Shown here: piece after piece, positions 9,157 through 18,286 of the stretch
Layout of the letters: every line of letters starts with the position of its first letter
How positions within the stretch are numbered: position 1 is the first letter of the stretch
Virus record (IMG/VR): IMGVR_UViG_3300008116_003012
Coordinates: 32,001-96,000 of that record
Direction: 5' to 3' (one strand)
DNA length: 64,000 nt
Source of the DNA: a virus
Made by a program: the position numbers and the translations under genes
The notes under the pieces: generated by a model
The model's input: the letters and a program-made list of their open reading frames with translations, nothing else
The model's database searches: none
Told to the model about the DNA's origin: nothing

Positions 9157-9404
9157 TAGTTGTCCTCTGGTAACATCTCATCAACAATAACATTCTCTCC
9201 AGGAAACGTTGTTAGGTGATATTCTGTTTGACCTATCATGTAGTACTCTGTAAAACTGTGCTGATTGTTAGTAGCCTTAAACGGTTCTGTCATTGCTAGC
9301 AGTAATAGAATATCATCTCGTTCTTTACCTTCTAACGTTTTAATAGGAGGACCCATAACTTTACGTATAAAGGCACGAGCTTCTTCTTTGGTCATTTCCT
9401 TCAT
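9156..9404 (-). CDS. Hypothetical protein
   Basis: 82-aa ORF directly behind a consensus promoter. Confidence 0.6.
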   Translation of the reverse strand: MKEMTKEEARAFIRKVMGPPIKTLEGKERDDILLLLAMTEPFKATNNQHSFTEYYMIGQTEYHLTTFPGENVIVDEMLPEDN

Positions 9405-9409
9405 ATCTT

Positions 9410-9446
9410 ATTATAAAGGTAAAAAAAGGGTCTGTCAAGACCCTTT
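9410..9446 (-). promoter_or_regulatory. dUTPase terminator with the -35 box in its loop, plus sigma70 promoter
   Basis: Stem AAAGGGTCT/AGACCCTTT then a T run. TTGACA (9438-9433) spans the loop, with TATAAT (9415-9410) 17 nt downstream. Confidence 0.75.
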
Positions 9447-9450
9447 GGCA

Positions 9451-9885
9451 TTACTTAGTACCAGTACTGCCCATACCACCACTGCCCCGGGCAGTATCAG
9501 ATAGTTCATCTGCTAGAATGAGTTGAACTTGAGGAACTGGAACGATCATTGCTTGTGCAATGCGCTCGCCTGCGGAAACATGCACAGCTGACGATCCGTC
9601 GTTGTGCATCTTAACCATTACTTCGCCGCGATAGTCACTGTCAATGACTCCAGTACCATTGGCTAAACGAATACCATTTTTAAAGCCGTGTCCACTTCGG
9701 CTGTAAACCATCATTACATAGCCTTCTGGGATTTCAAAAGCTAATCCTGTTCGAAGAGCAACGTGCTCGCGTCCAGGAGTGATTGTTACATCATTAACAC
9801 ACACTAGATCAAAACAGGCCGCGCCTGCGGTTGCGTACTGCGGCAATACCGCATTATCATTTAATTTCTTAACTCTAACTTGCAT
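9451..9885 (-). CDS. dut: Trimeric dUTPase
   Basis: AACFDL, SRSG, GVIDSDYRGE, ERIAQ, RGSGGMGSTG. Confidence 0.95.
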   Translation of the reverse strand: MQVRVKKLNDNAVLPQYATAGAACFDLVCVNDVTITPGREHVALRTGLAFEIPEGYVMMVYSRSGHGFKNGIRLANGTGVIDSDYRGEVMVKMHNDGSSAVHVSAGERIAQAMIVPVPQVQLILADELSDTARGSGGMGSTGTK

Positions 9886-10268
9886 TACATGAAGTCCTCT
9901 GGTCTGGATGTTATTGGTTTACTAGTGTCGTGTTCTTGTCCAATGTAAAAATCATTAGGCCTTTCGGCTGCGGTACACATGACGCTAATATTTTCTACTC
10001 GACGGATAAGAATTTCTTTACCATCTTCTCTCACAGTAACACCTCTAGTCCATCGACCGTGTTCTACAAGAATCCATTCGCCTACTTTAACATCTTTTTG
10101 TGTAGGGCCAACAGCCCAAACACGGCACCAACGAGGTTTAACTCCGTGTGCCTTGCCATCATCACTTTGAACAATGATTCCTGAAGCAGTCTTCATTTCA
10201 TCAAAGCTCATGTCAGTAACTAAGATATTATCGTTTAAAGGCCTAATTTTTCCTTCAACTATATTCAT
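9885..10268 (-). CDS. groES: Co-chaperonin GroES-like protein
   Basis: IRPLNDNILV...TASGIIV...VWAVGP...VKVGEWIL. Confidence 0.85.
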   Translation of the reverse strand: MNIVEGKIRPLNDNILVTDMSFDEMKTASGIIVQSDDGKAHGVKPRWCRVWAVGPTQKDVKVGEWILVEHGRWTRGVTVREDGKEILIRRVENISVMCTAAERPNDFYIGQEHDTSKPITSRPEDFM

Positions 10269-10277
10269 TTATTCCTC

Positions 10278-10493
10278 TTATTGGTTTTCTTGACGACCAG
10301 TATAGTACTCAGAAACAATGTCTTCACGCTTTTTGACAATCTTGCCACCTGGGCCTAGTTCATCACCTCTAGCGTTCATACGAACATTTCCTACTGCTAA
10401 GGTCATTTCATTTTTTTGACGTAGTTGATCAATGTCAATTTCTCGTCCTTGCATACTTTTATGTACGACTTTTGCTTGCGGTTTCATTGCCAT
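10278..10493 (-). CDS. Hypothetical protein
   Basis: 71-aa ORF, AAGGAG RBS, TAAATA at 10523-10518. Confidence 0.7.
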   Translation of the reverse strand: MAMKPQAKVVHKSMQGREIDIDQLRQKNEMTLAVGNVRMNARGDELGPGGKIVKKREDIVSEYYTGRQENQ

Positions 10494-10520
10494 GATAGCA
10501 TCTCCTTTATGTGCGTATAT

Positions 10521-11024
10521 TTATCTTAAAAATTCCTGCCAATCTAAGTTATATTTTATGCTATCTATTTTATGAACACCTAGTAAAAATAAAACATAAC
10601 TGGCAACACTACTTCCTCTGCCGACACCCCAGACAATATTATTTTGTCTTAATGTGTCTACCAAATATTTAAGAGATTGTAGTAACGGCAACATATTTCT
10701 TGCTCGAAACTCTTGTAACTCATCTATAAGACGTTGATAATTTTCTTTAGGGCATTCATTTACAAGAAACCCTTCAATATCCATATTTTTATACTCGTCA
10801 GGAACTAACCAATCTGACTGCATTGCAGAATCAAAATCTTTGATCGAAATGTCATAAATGGTAGGATCGAGCTTTTTTAAAGTTGTGTTTGTAGAATCCT
10901 CAAACTTTTTAATGTCATCTGAAGGTTCTACAAATATATTGTTGAAATCTAATTGACCCTTGTAGAAAAGATCAAGCAAATCTTTAGATTGATAAATTAC
11001 ATTGCCAAATTTGTCGTAGATCAT
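10521..11024 (-). CDS. Stand-alone fragment of a DNA polymerase III alpha (DnaE)-like polymerase
   Basis: RL..EL..F....L...L..LVD......VWGVGRGSSVASYVLFLLGVHKIDSIKYNL matches the DnaE GRGS segment; only 167 aa. Confidence 0.8.
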   Translation of the reverse strand: MIYDKFGNVIYQSKDLLDLFYKGQLDFNNIFVEPSDDIKKFEDSTNTTLKKLDPTIYDISIKDFDSAMQSDWLVPDEYKNMDIEGFLVNECPKENYQRLIDELQEFRARNMLPLLQSLKYLVDTLRQNNIVWGVGRGSSVASYVLFLLGVHKIDSIKYNLDWQEFLR

Positions 11025-11030
11025 TCATTG

Positions 11031-11059
11031 ATTTTAACTGACTTTAATAAGTTTGTCAA
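11031..11059 (-). promoter_or_regulatory. sigma70-type promoter for the DnaE fragment
   Basis: TTGACA (11059-11054)-17 nt-TAAAAT (11036-11031); ATG lies 6 nt downstream. Confidence 0.65.
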
Positions 11060-11267
11060 GATCTTTATCACGCTTTTGGTACTGTTGCTCAATTGCTTTT
11101 GCCCTACGAGCAGATAACTCAGTTCGATATATATCGATAAAAATAGCTATCTGCTGTTTAACGGCAGGATTATGAGTTTGAAAATATTTTTTGCTGAGGT
11201 CTTGAAGTCTAGTTTCAATCTCAGCGTCTTTAAGTTTGCTGTAATCCTCAGCTAAAGGGTGCATCAT
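11034..11267 (-). CDS. Hypothetical helical protein
   Basis: 77-aa ORF overlapping the stop of the upstream fibre gene. Confidence 0.65.
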   Translation of the reverse strand: MMHPLAEDYSKLKDAEIETRLQDLSKKYFQTHNPAVKQQIAIFIDIYRTELSARRAKAIEQQYQKRDKDLDKLIKVS

Positions 11268-13063
11268 GCGAAGGTTGCTCCGTTGTTACCAATGCAGTAC
11301 CATTTGCTGTTTATGTAATGCAAAGTACACGCTTGTCCAATTGTATCAAATGTAACAGTTCCGGAACCGCTAGCTTTCCATCCAGCATTAGCTACAGTAA
11401 TAACCATATCGCCGTTGTCAGCTGCCATAGCAAATACTTTAACTTGTCCTGGTGAACCTGCAGCAAGCGTTGCAGTTTCAGCAGCACCTGTTGAAAAATA
11501 AGATGTACTTAATATAGCACTTGCTTCTGCTGCATTTGCTAAGTCTTCACTACCAGTATAGAAACCGTCCTTAATAACTGCAATAGGAACATTTTGACCT
11601 AGAGGGAACGGTCCAGCACCTTCAGTTCCTGGTCCTCCGTATATGTATAACGGAGTAGGTGTATCTTTAGTTATTTCAATTTCAATATAACTTCCCACAG
11701 TACCTTCAGTTCCTGATGTTCTAACATTAGTAGTATAAGGTTGTGTTCCAGCAGCGTCAGTTGAAAACTTTAATGTAGACTGTGCATTTAGCGGATTATC
11801 TAAATTAAATCTGTATATATTGCCTACATGGAAGGTTAGTAACCCTTCTTCAATGACAGTGCCATCTATTTCATATCCGTCATTTCCGTCAAAGTTAGGA
11901 GGTAAGTCAACAGCATAAACATAGATGTTAGGATCGGACTCATTCCTCCAAGCTTGAGAAATAGGATTATATCTTACAACATCTCCTACCGCAGGTGTTG
12001 CAATAGAAACATTTTTTAATTCGCCTAATTCTAATTTGATATTAACCCAGTTAGTTCCATCGTATTTTAATACTTGAGCAGTATTAAGTGTATTAAGTGG
12101 ATCACCGCCGATAACTACATCACTTAAATCATTTATTGGAAGTGCTCCTGAAATCCAGTTAGTTCCGTCATACTTTAACAAATTACCAGTAACAGCTAAA
12201 CTAACATTAACATTAGGAATATCGTCAAGAGCAGAAATAGTAGGATCGTTTGCAAATGACCATTTAGTTCCATTCCATTTTAGAATATCACCGTTAGTTA
12301 AACTGCCAGCAGTATAATCAGTGACATCGCCTACATTTTCTAAACTGGCAATTGCACCTACAGTAACAGTTCCGTTAACCCATTTAGTTCCGTCGTATTT
12401 TAATACTTGGTTAGTTGTTAGTGATGTAAGTGTAACATCTGACAAAGTATCTAAGTCTAGTGATGTATCAAAACCGCCAACAGATCCAACAAAGAAATTT
12501 TGTCCGTCAGTTGTCCATACTTCAACAACAGTACTTAAAGTAGGATTGTTTCCGATATTAATTGCAGGATTTTCTCCTACTTGAGTAAATCCCACAGTTC
12601 CGATTACTGAACCTCCGTTACCTGATATAAAACTTACAATATATCCTATAGATGGAACTCCTACGTTAGGTTTAAGTTCAATTCTAATTTTTGAATATTT
12701 TCCGTCAGTTGGATTTCCAGCAGGGAATTCTAATAGTCTTAGAGAATGATTTCCGCCTACAATAAATTTTTGGTATTCTCCATTTTCGTATACTACAGAT
12801 GTAACACCTGTAGTCGGACTTGTGCTTGAATAAACTGTACCGTAAAGTCTATTAGTTTGTGCGTTATCAATTAATGTGCCGTTAAAGTTGTTTGCAACAT
12901 TTAATCTTGCAGAATTGGTTTGAAGATCAGTAACTTCACTAGTTGCTGTAGCTAGTGCTGTTTTAATAATTGCAAAATTATCTCTGAATCCTTGGCTGTC
13001 ATTATCTTGCCCAGCAACTGGAAAATTTTCGTCGATGGTCGTTGATACAATTTGGCTTGTCAT
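11264..13063 (-). CDS. Virion structural/fibre protein
   Basis: N-terminal IDENFPVAGQDNDSQGFRDNF; about five L..L.DV......GDVLKYDGT.W.N fibre repeats. Confidence 0.75.
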   Translation of the reverse strand: MTSQIVSTTIDENFPVAGQDNDSQGFRDNFAIIKTALATATSEVTDLQTNSARLNVANNFNGTLIDNAQTNRLYGTVYSSTSPTTGVTSVVYENGEYQKFIVGGNHSLRLLEFPAGNPTDGKYSKIRIELKPNVGVPSIGYIVSFISGNGGSVIGTVGFTQVGENPAINIGNNPTLSTVVEVWTTDGQNFFVGSVGGFDTSLDLDTLSDVTLTSLTTNQVLKYDGTKWVNGTVTVGAIASLENVGDVTDYTAGSLTNGDILKWNGTKWSFANDPTISALDDIPNVNVSLAVTGNLLKYDGTNWISGALPINDLSDVVIGGDPLNTLNTAQVLKYDGTNWVNIKLELGELKNVSIATPAVGDVVRYNPISQAWRNESDPNIYVYAVDLPPNFDGNDGYEIDGTVIEEGLLTFHVGNIYRFNLDNPLNAQSTLKFSTDAAGTQPYTTNVRTSGTEGTVGSYIEIEITKDTPTPLYIYGGPGTEGAGPFPLGQNVPIAVIKDGFYTGSEDLANAAEASAILSTSYFSTGAAETATLAAGSPGQVKVFAMAADNGDMVITVANAGWKASGSGTVTFDTIGQACTLHYINSKWYCIGNNGATFA

Positions 13064-16000
13064 ACTATAGTTGTCCTATCATTTCTAAATACGAGATATT
13101 TATCCTCGTAATAACCGTCTACAGAATCTATTATGTAGCGATCTATGGTGTAATCTAGCAGTTTAAAATCAAAACTGCTGTTTTTAATATTTAAAATAAT
13201 CTCGTCTGCGCTGCCGGGTTTGCAGAAACAAATTGGAATTGCAGGTACCCAGTCTAATTCAGTGTAGCTGTTTTCTTGTATACTACGCATCCAAAGAGGC
13301 AAATAGTTTCTTTCTCTTCGAGCAGTTTCTATTCCTCGTAATCTTTTCCTCCAGATACTAATACTTGATGGAAATTTAACTCCTGTACCAGGATCTCCAG
13401 CAATAACATCAGTTCTGTCCACAGTAGAATTAAAAGGAATTGGTCTGTTCCAGAAAGGGTTGTCTAAGCTAAAGTTAGGTCCTTCATAGAACTGATTATT
13501 ATTATCAGCAGTTACATTTAATCTAGTAGGAGTGTGTATTACTTTAAATGGTAGATATTCCTTGCCTTTTTCTAAAGGATCTATCAAATCAACATACACT
13601 ACTTCGTAAAGAACATTATTTGTACCTGGTTCTTTTGCCACTGCTTTTTTAACTTGCCCTAATTTAAATCTTTTTGGCTTATGATTTAGACCCATTGCGC
13701 TGACATATTCTACAGCTCTTTTTGTTTCTATTCCTGCATAAACTAAAGTAGTTAAATTTCTTTGAACTCCAAAGTTAGAATCTCCTAATCTATAGATATA
13801 TCTAGGATCGAATACATCGTTGTTATCTATAAACTCTTTCCAATGCTGTCGCTGACTTTGTTTCATAAACGGTCTAGCTGTTATATTGCTATAGTAAGTG
13901 TTACTTGGAATATTGATTCTTAAATTAAATGTTTTAGTAACAGCACTATAACCTATTTGATCTCTAGCTTTTACAGTAAAAGTATAAACTTTGTCTATTG
14001 TAGTATCGTCACCGTCTATAAGAGTTGTGTTTTTATCTAATACAGCGAGTGACTCGTCTGTTTCTGGAAAGGTATATTCTCTCCAATTATCATCTGTAAA
14101 CTCAATATCACTTATATGATCAGCGGTAGCAATGTAGAATATAGGACTTCCTATTAAAGATCCTGATGCAGCTTTCATACTTACCGTAGGTTTTGCAATA
14201 GGATAATCGAAAGAGTTTGTAGGAGTTAGTTGAGTTTGTCCTTCAACTACCCCAGCGTTTGTAAGAACACTAATTAGTCCTGTTCCAAATGTTCCAGGAA
14301 TCTGAGGGAACGTCAACGTAATAGTATTGGATGTTGAATTAGTTGCAAAAAATCTTCCGTTGAATTTAGAATTTGAATTCCCGTTAATTCTATAATAAAA
14401 TTCTAATCCGCTTGAAGTTATAAATGTTAAATCGTTAACTCCGTCAACACCTCCCAAATTACTTCCTGAGATGGTAATTCTATCACCAGGTAGATATCCT
14501 GTTCCAGGATCTATTAACACAATAGAAGTAACACCTACATAGGTAGCAGGAAATCCTGTACCGTTAAATCCTTTAACAACTTTAAATCTAGCACCTGTTC
14601 CATTACCTGATGTACTTTTAACTCCTACGTTAATATATGTAGCATCGCTTGTAGAAACTGCTGCGCCTTCTATTAATGTGAAAACAGGAGCCAATGGAGC
14701 CGTCTTTTGATTAGGTATTGAAAACTTAACTCTATAAGGTCCTGATCCTTCTACTTCTAATACGCTATTAAGCTTAAGATTATTAATTTTTATTTCAATA
14801 CCGTTGTAAAAATTAAAGTCTAGTGCTGTTGAATTTATTTTAACAATATCGTTATTTTTAAAATTATGATCTGATTGAGTAACAACAGTTGCAATATTTC
14901 TTCTTCTTATAACAGACTTCACTTGATTAACTACATCAGTTTTAATAATGTCTTTAACTTTATAATCTGTTACAGGTTTCCAATAACTTCTATATCTATT
15001 TTGATCTCTAAATTGATTTACTTTACCAATTATTTCTCCGTCTAGATTTAAATCTAAGCCAGGAGGTAAACTTCCTTCTTCAATTGTATAAAGTATAGAC
15101 GCATTTTGAAAAGTTGAGTTAGCTGACACAAAGTAGGTACTAGGAAATCCTACGTCAATAGTTCCGAGGTCACTAGGACTAATCCAAGTCATTACACTAT
15201 CTACTTCTCCAAGTATGTCAACAGTGAACACTCTCCTACTAATAGAAGTTTCGCTTCCTTGACCTACTCTAGTTGCTTTAATTGTAAAACTGTAGGATTT
15301 TGTAATAGCAGGTTGGTAGGGCACAGTACCAAATATTTCTCCTGTAGTAGAATCAAATAACATTCCAGGAGGAAGAACACTGTCTGTACCTAGGTAAACT
15401 ACTTGATCTAAAGGAACATTAACATCTAAAGTATTGTTTAGGGTTAATCTATAAGAGTCTCCTCCTAGTACATCAATATCTTCTACAGTGTAAATTGTTC
15501 CAGTTGCTCCTAAAAATTCATTATTAAAAGTTAACTTCTGTCCTACTTCTGGAACTGCGGTAGTTTTTTCTAATCTAAGTTTATTAGATCCTATTCTGTT
15601 GTCTGAAGACAATTCTTTTTTAGCTATGCCATTTACTATTGCGTTAACTGTGCTTAGTTCGTAAACTACTCCGCCAAGTTCACTTGCACCTTCGTAGATA
15701 TCAATCTTAAATGTTTGATAATTATTGGCTCTTCTTAATCCTAAATATTTAGGTGTTGTAAAGATAGGAGCTCTAACATAAGTTACATCAGCAGTATATG
15801 CTCCAGTTCCTGCTTGCATAATAACATTATCAGAACGGAAGAAATCATCACCTACTACAAATATTCTAAACTTACGCTTAGTAACAGTATCACCATCAGT
15901 AATAGTTGCAATAAATTCGTAGTTCCTATTTAATTTTCTAGGCTTTAATGTTCCTACACTAAAATCATAAGTAAAAAGATCATAAACAAATGTATCATAC

Positions 16001-16599
16001 CCGTTTGTAGGTCTGTATCCAAAATCATATGATACGCTATCATATAATCCGCTGTCATAAAATCCTTGATCTTGATTTTTAGGAACAGCTAGTAAGGGTT
16101 GAACAAACCCAGTTATTCTTCCATTTGGTAACAATACTAGTCCTGGAGGAAGCTCTCCTTCTTGACTAGCTATAAAAAAGTTTAGTTTTTGGCCGGCAGC
16201 AGTATCTATATCACTAGCTGCTAATTGAAAATCTATAAAACTACTGTCAATTATAAAGTAAGCATCGTTTGCACCTACAGGAAGAAGACCAGCAGGAGTA
16301 AGCCAATTAGGCTCATCACTTCCTTCTATAGTCATTAAGAAAGTTCTATCTGAAATTTGTCCGTTTGCACTGGCTCTTATAACAAATTTATATTCAGTTG
16401 TTCTAGTAACTTCAAAAGGAGTACCTAGAATAGTTGAACTTATAAGTTTTAGGCCAGGAGGTAATGTACCAGAAATCACTTTGTAACTAACTACAACACC
16501 AGGAGGTGGGGTTACTGGCAGTTGTAAAGTTACTGTATTTCTTTCATTAAAAAATCCTAGATGATATCCGGATGCTAAATTCCATACTGATAACGCCAT
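13060..16599 (-). CDS. Large virion (baseplate-region) protein with putative Ig-like repeats
   Basis: Four LPPG(L/M).(L/F) motifs typical of putative Ig domains; located in the structural block. Confidence 0.7.
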   Translation of the reverse strand: MALSVWNLASGYHLGFFNERNTVTLQLPVTPPPGVVVSYKVISGTLPPGLKLISSTILGTPFEVTRTTEYKFVIRASANGQISDRTFLMTIEGSDEPNWLTPAGLLPVGANDAYFIIDSSFIDFQLAASDIDTAAGQKLNFFIASQEGELPPGLVLLPNGRITGFVQPLLAVPKNQDQGFYDSGLYDSVSYDFGYRPTNGYDTFVYDLFTYDFSVGTLKPRKLNRNYEFIATITDGDTVTKRKFRIFVVGDDFFRSDNVIMQAGTGAYTADVTYVRAPIFTTPKYLGLRRANNYQTFKIDIYEGASELGGVVYELSTVNAIVNGIAKKELSSDNRIGSNKLRLEKTTAVPEVGQKLTFNNEFLGATGTIYTVEDIDVLGGDSYRLTLNNTLDVNVPLDQVVYLGTDSVLPPGMLFDSTTGEIFGTVPYQPAITKSYSFTIKATRVGQGSETSISRRVFTVDILGEVDSVMTWISPSDLGTIDVGFPSTYFVSANSTFQNASILYTIEEGSLPPGLDLNLDGEIIGKVNQFRDQNRYRSYWKPVTDYKVKDIIKTDVVNQVKSVIRRRNIATVVTQSDHNFKNNDIVKINSTALDFNFYNGIEIKINNLKLNSVLEVEGSGPYRVKFSIPNQKTAPLAPVFTLIEGAAVSTSDATYINVGVKSTSGNGTGARFKVVKGFNGTGFPATYVGVTSIVLIDPGTGYLPGDRITISGSNLGGVDGVNDLTFITSSGLEFYYRINGNSNSKFNGRFFATNSTSNTITLTFPQIPGTFGTGLISVLTNAGVVEGQTQLTPTNSFDYPIAKPTVSMKAASGSLIGSPIFYIATADHISDIEFTDDNWREYTFPETDESLAVLDKNTTLIDGDDTTIDKVYTFTVKARDQIGYSAVTKTFNLRINIPSNTYYSNITARPFMKQSQRQHWKEFIDNNDVFDPRYIYRLGDSNFGVQRNLTTLVYAGIETKRAVEYVSAMGLNHKPKRFKLGQVKKAVAKEPGTNNVLYEVVYVDLIDPLEKGKEYLPFKVIHTPTRLNVTADNNNQFYEGPNFSLDNPFWNRPIPFNSTVDRTDVIAGDPGTGVKFPSSISIWRKRLRGIETARRERNYLPLWMRSIQENSYTELDWVPAIPICFCKPGSADEIILNIKNSSFDFKLLDYTIDRYIIDSVDGYYEDKYLVFRNDRTTIV

Positions 16600-16638
16600 T
16601 GTATCTCCATTTACAGTATTTACCGTAAATAGCCTAAG

Positions 16639-18285
16639 TTATCTTCTACCAAAAGTTCTTTTTCTTGGCCATAGAATACCTGAACTAGGCCTAGTTTTAT
16701 AGTTTAATTTTGGATATACACTACCTTGACTTCTTCTTTCTTGATTGTAATAAAGAAATAAATTAGGAGCTCCCTGCAAACTAGTAATATCATCATACGT
16801 TCCGTTTGTATCTGTAATTTGATTTACTTTAGCATATTTTGTAACATATTCTAACGCTTCTGCAGGAGTCATGTCAGGATAAATTTCTAATATACACGCA
16901 AGAACTCCGCAGACTTGCGGGCTTGCCATACTAGTTCCGCTGTATTTGTTTAAAAATCCAACGCCTCTAGGGTCGTTAATTCCGCCACTATTAGTTGAAC
17001 TAATAATATCTGTACCGGGCGCCCATATATCTATTCTAGGACCAGTATTGCTGTAGTCTGCTTTTAAATCTGTAGATTGAGAATCTATACTTCCTACACA
17101 AATGCTTCCTATTGCGTTACCTGGGCTGCTTCCTCTATGGTAATAGTCGATGTAGGGGGCTCCTGAAAAAATTATTGTAAAAGTATTATCATAATCTAAT
17201 CCGCCTGGTACATCTACTTTTGTAAAATCATTTGCAGCAGCAGAAACCATTATAATACCATCAGCAATAGCATCCTCTGCATCTGCATTTAGTGCAGGAT
17301 AATCTGCCGGCATATAAACCGTAGTATTAACAGCATCTATGCCATAGCTTTTTAATTCAGCATTTGTAAAAGGTCCATTAATAGTTGCACCCCTATAATT
17401 TATACTTGTTATAGGAAGTGATGTTTGATCAAGCGTGTATCCATATCCCCAACTGTGATTCATAATAGTTGGGTTACGTCTTCCTGTAGCTAAGTTTATA
17501 GGTTTAGAAGCATGAAATGCTCTAATGTAATCAAATAGAACTAACTCATCGAGTCCGTTAGGATTATTACTATAAGGGTTAATATTATAAATGTTTGCTT
17601 TTCTAGCCCATCCTTGGGTAATACCTGCAACAGTTCCTGCAACATGGCATCCGTGATTATTGTTGTTACCATCATAGGGGCTATAAACATATGATGTTGT
17701 TAACAATTGAGCAACGTCGTCATCAATTCCGGCAACAGTCGGTGTAAGAGTATGCCAATCTAATTGTATTACTCTGCTGCCTCCAGTTCCGTCAGGATTA
17801 ACTGCAAACTCAGAATGGTCTGGATTTATATGACCGTCAACAATTATTACATCAACATTTCGTCCTTCTTCGTTTACTGTAATAGTTGCTGTTTGATTTA
17901 CAACGTTATCGCTACCCCAATTTTCGATTTGCTGCCCTTCTAATACTCTAAGCAGTCCCCAGTTGATGTGTGTAGCACTAGTAACACTAGATTTATTCCA
18001 TTCTGCACTAGTTTGGGTCCAGTAAGGTCGGACTGTTAATCCTAATTCTTTAGGAAGTAAAGACACTGCTACGATTCTAGGATCTTTTCTTAATGATTCA
18101 GCTTCTTCTGCAGTCAACAAGTAATGAGTATTTCTACTTAAAGGTCTTCGCAGTTGACAATCAACTGCACGTTCTGGCATGCAGTTATAAAGAGTAGAAC
18201 GCAGAGTTTCCATATCTTTATAAAATTCAGATAGATCATCTCTATTTTTTAGAGTTATAATATACTCTTTTAGCTGATCATCCAT
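16639..18285 (-). CDS. Subtilisin-like serine protease (S8)
   Basis: Triad motifs VIIVDG, HGCHVAG, GTSMASPQV; N-terminal propeptide-like region. Confidence 0.92.
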   Translation of the reverse strand: MDDQLKEYIITLKNRDDLSEFYKDMETLRSTLYNCMPERAVDCQLRRPLSRNTHYLLTAEEAESLRKDPRIVAVSLLPKELGLTVRPYWTQTSAEWNKSSVTSATHINWGLLRVLEGQQIENWGSDNVVNQTATITVNEEGRNVDVIIVDGHINPDHSEFAVNPDGTGGSRVIQLDWHTLTPTVAGIDDDVAQLLTTSYVYSPYDGNNNNHGCHVAGTVAGITQGWARKANIYNINPYSNNPNGLDELVLFDYIRAFHASKPINLATGRRNPTIMNHSWGYGYTLDQTSLPITSINYRGATINGPFTNAELKSYGIDAVNTTVYMPADYPALNADAEDAIADGIIMVSAAANDFTKVDVPGGLDYDNTFTIIFSGAPYIDYYHRGSSPGNAIGSICVGSIDSQSTDLKADYSNTGPRIDIWAPGTDIISSTNSGGINDPRGVGFLNKYSGTSMASPQVCGVLACILEIYPDMTPAEALEYVTKYAKVNQITDTNGTYDDITSLQGAPNLFLYYNQERRSQGSVYPKLNYKTRPSSGILWPRKRTFGRR

Positions 18286-18286
18286 A

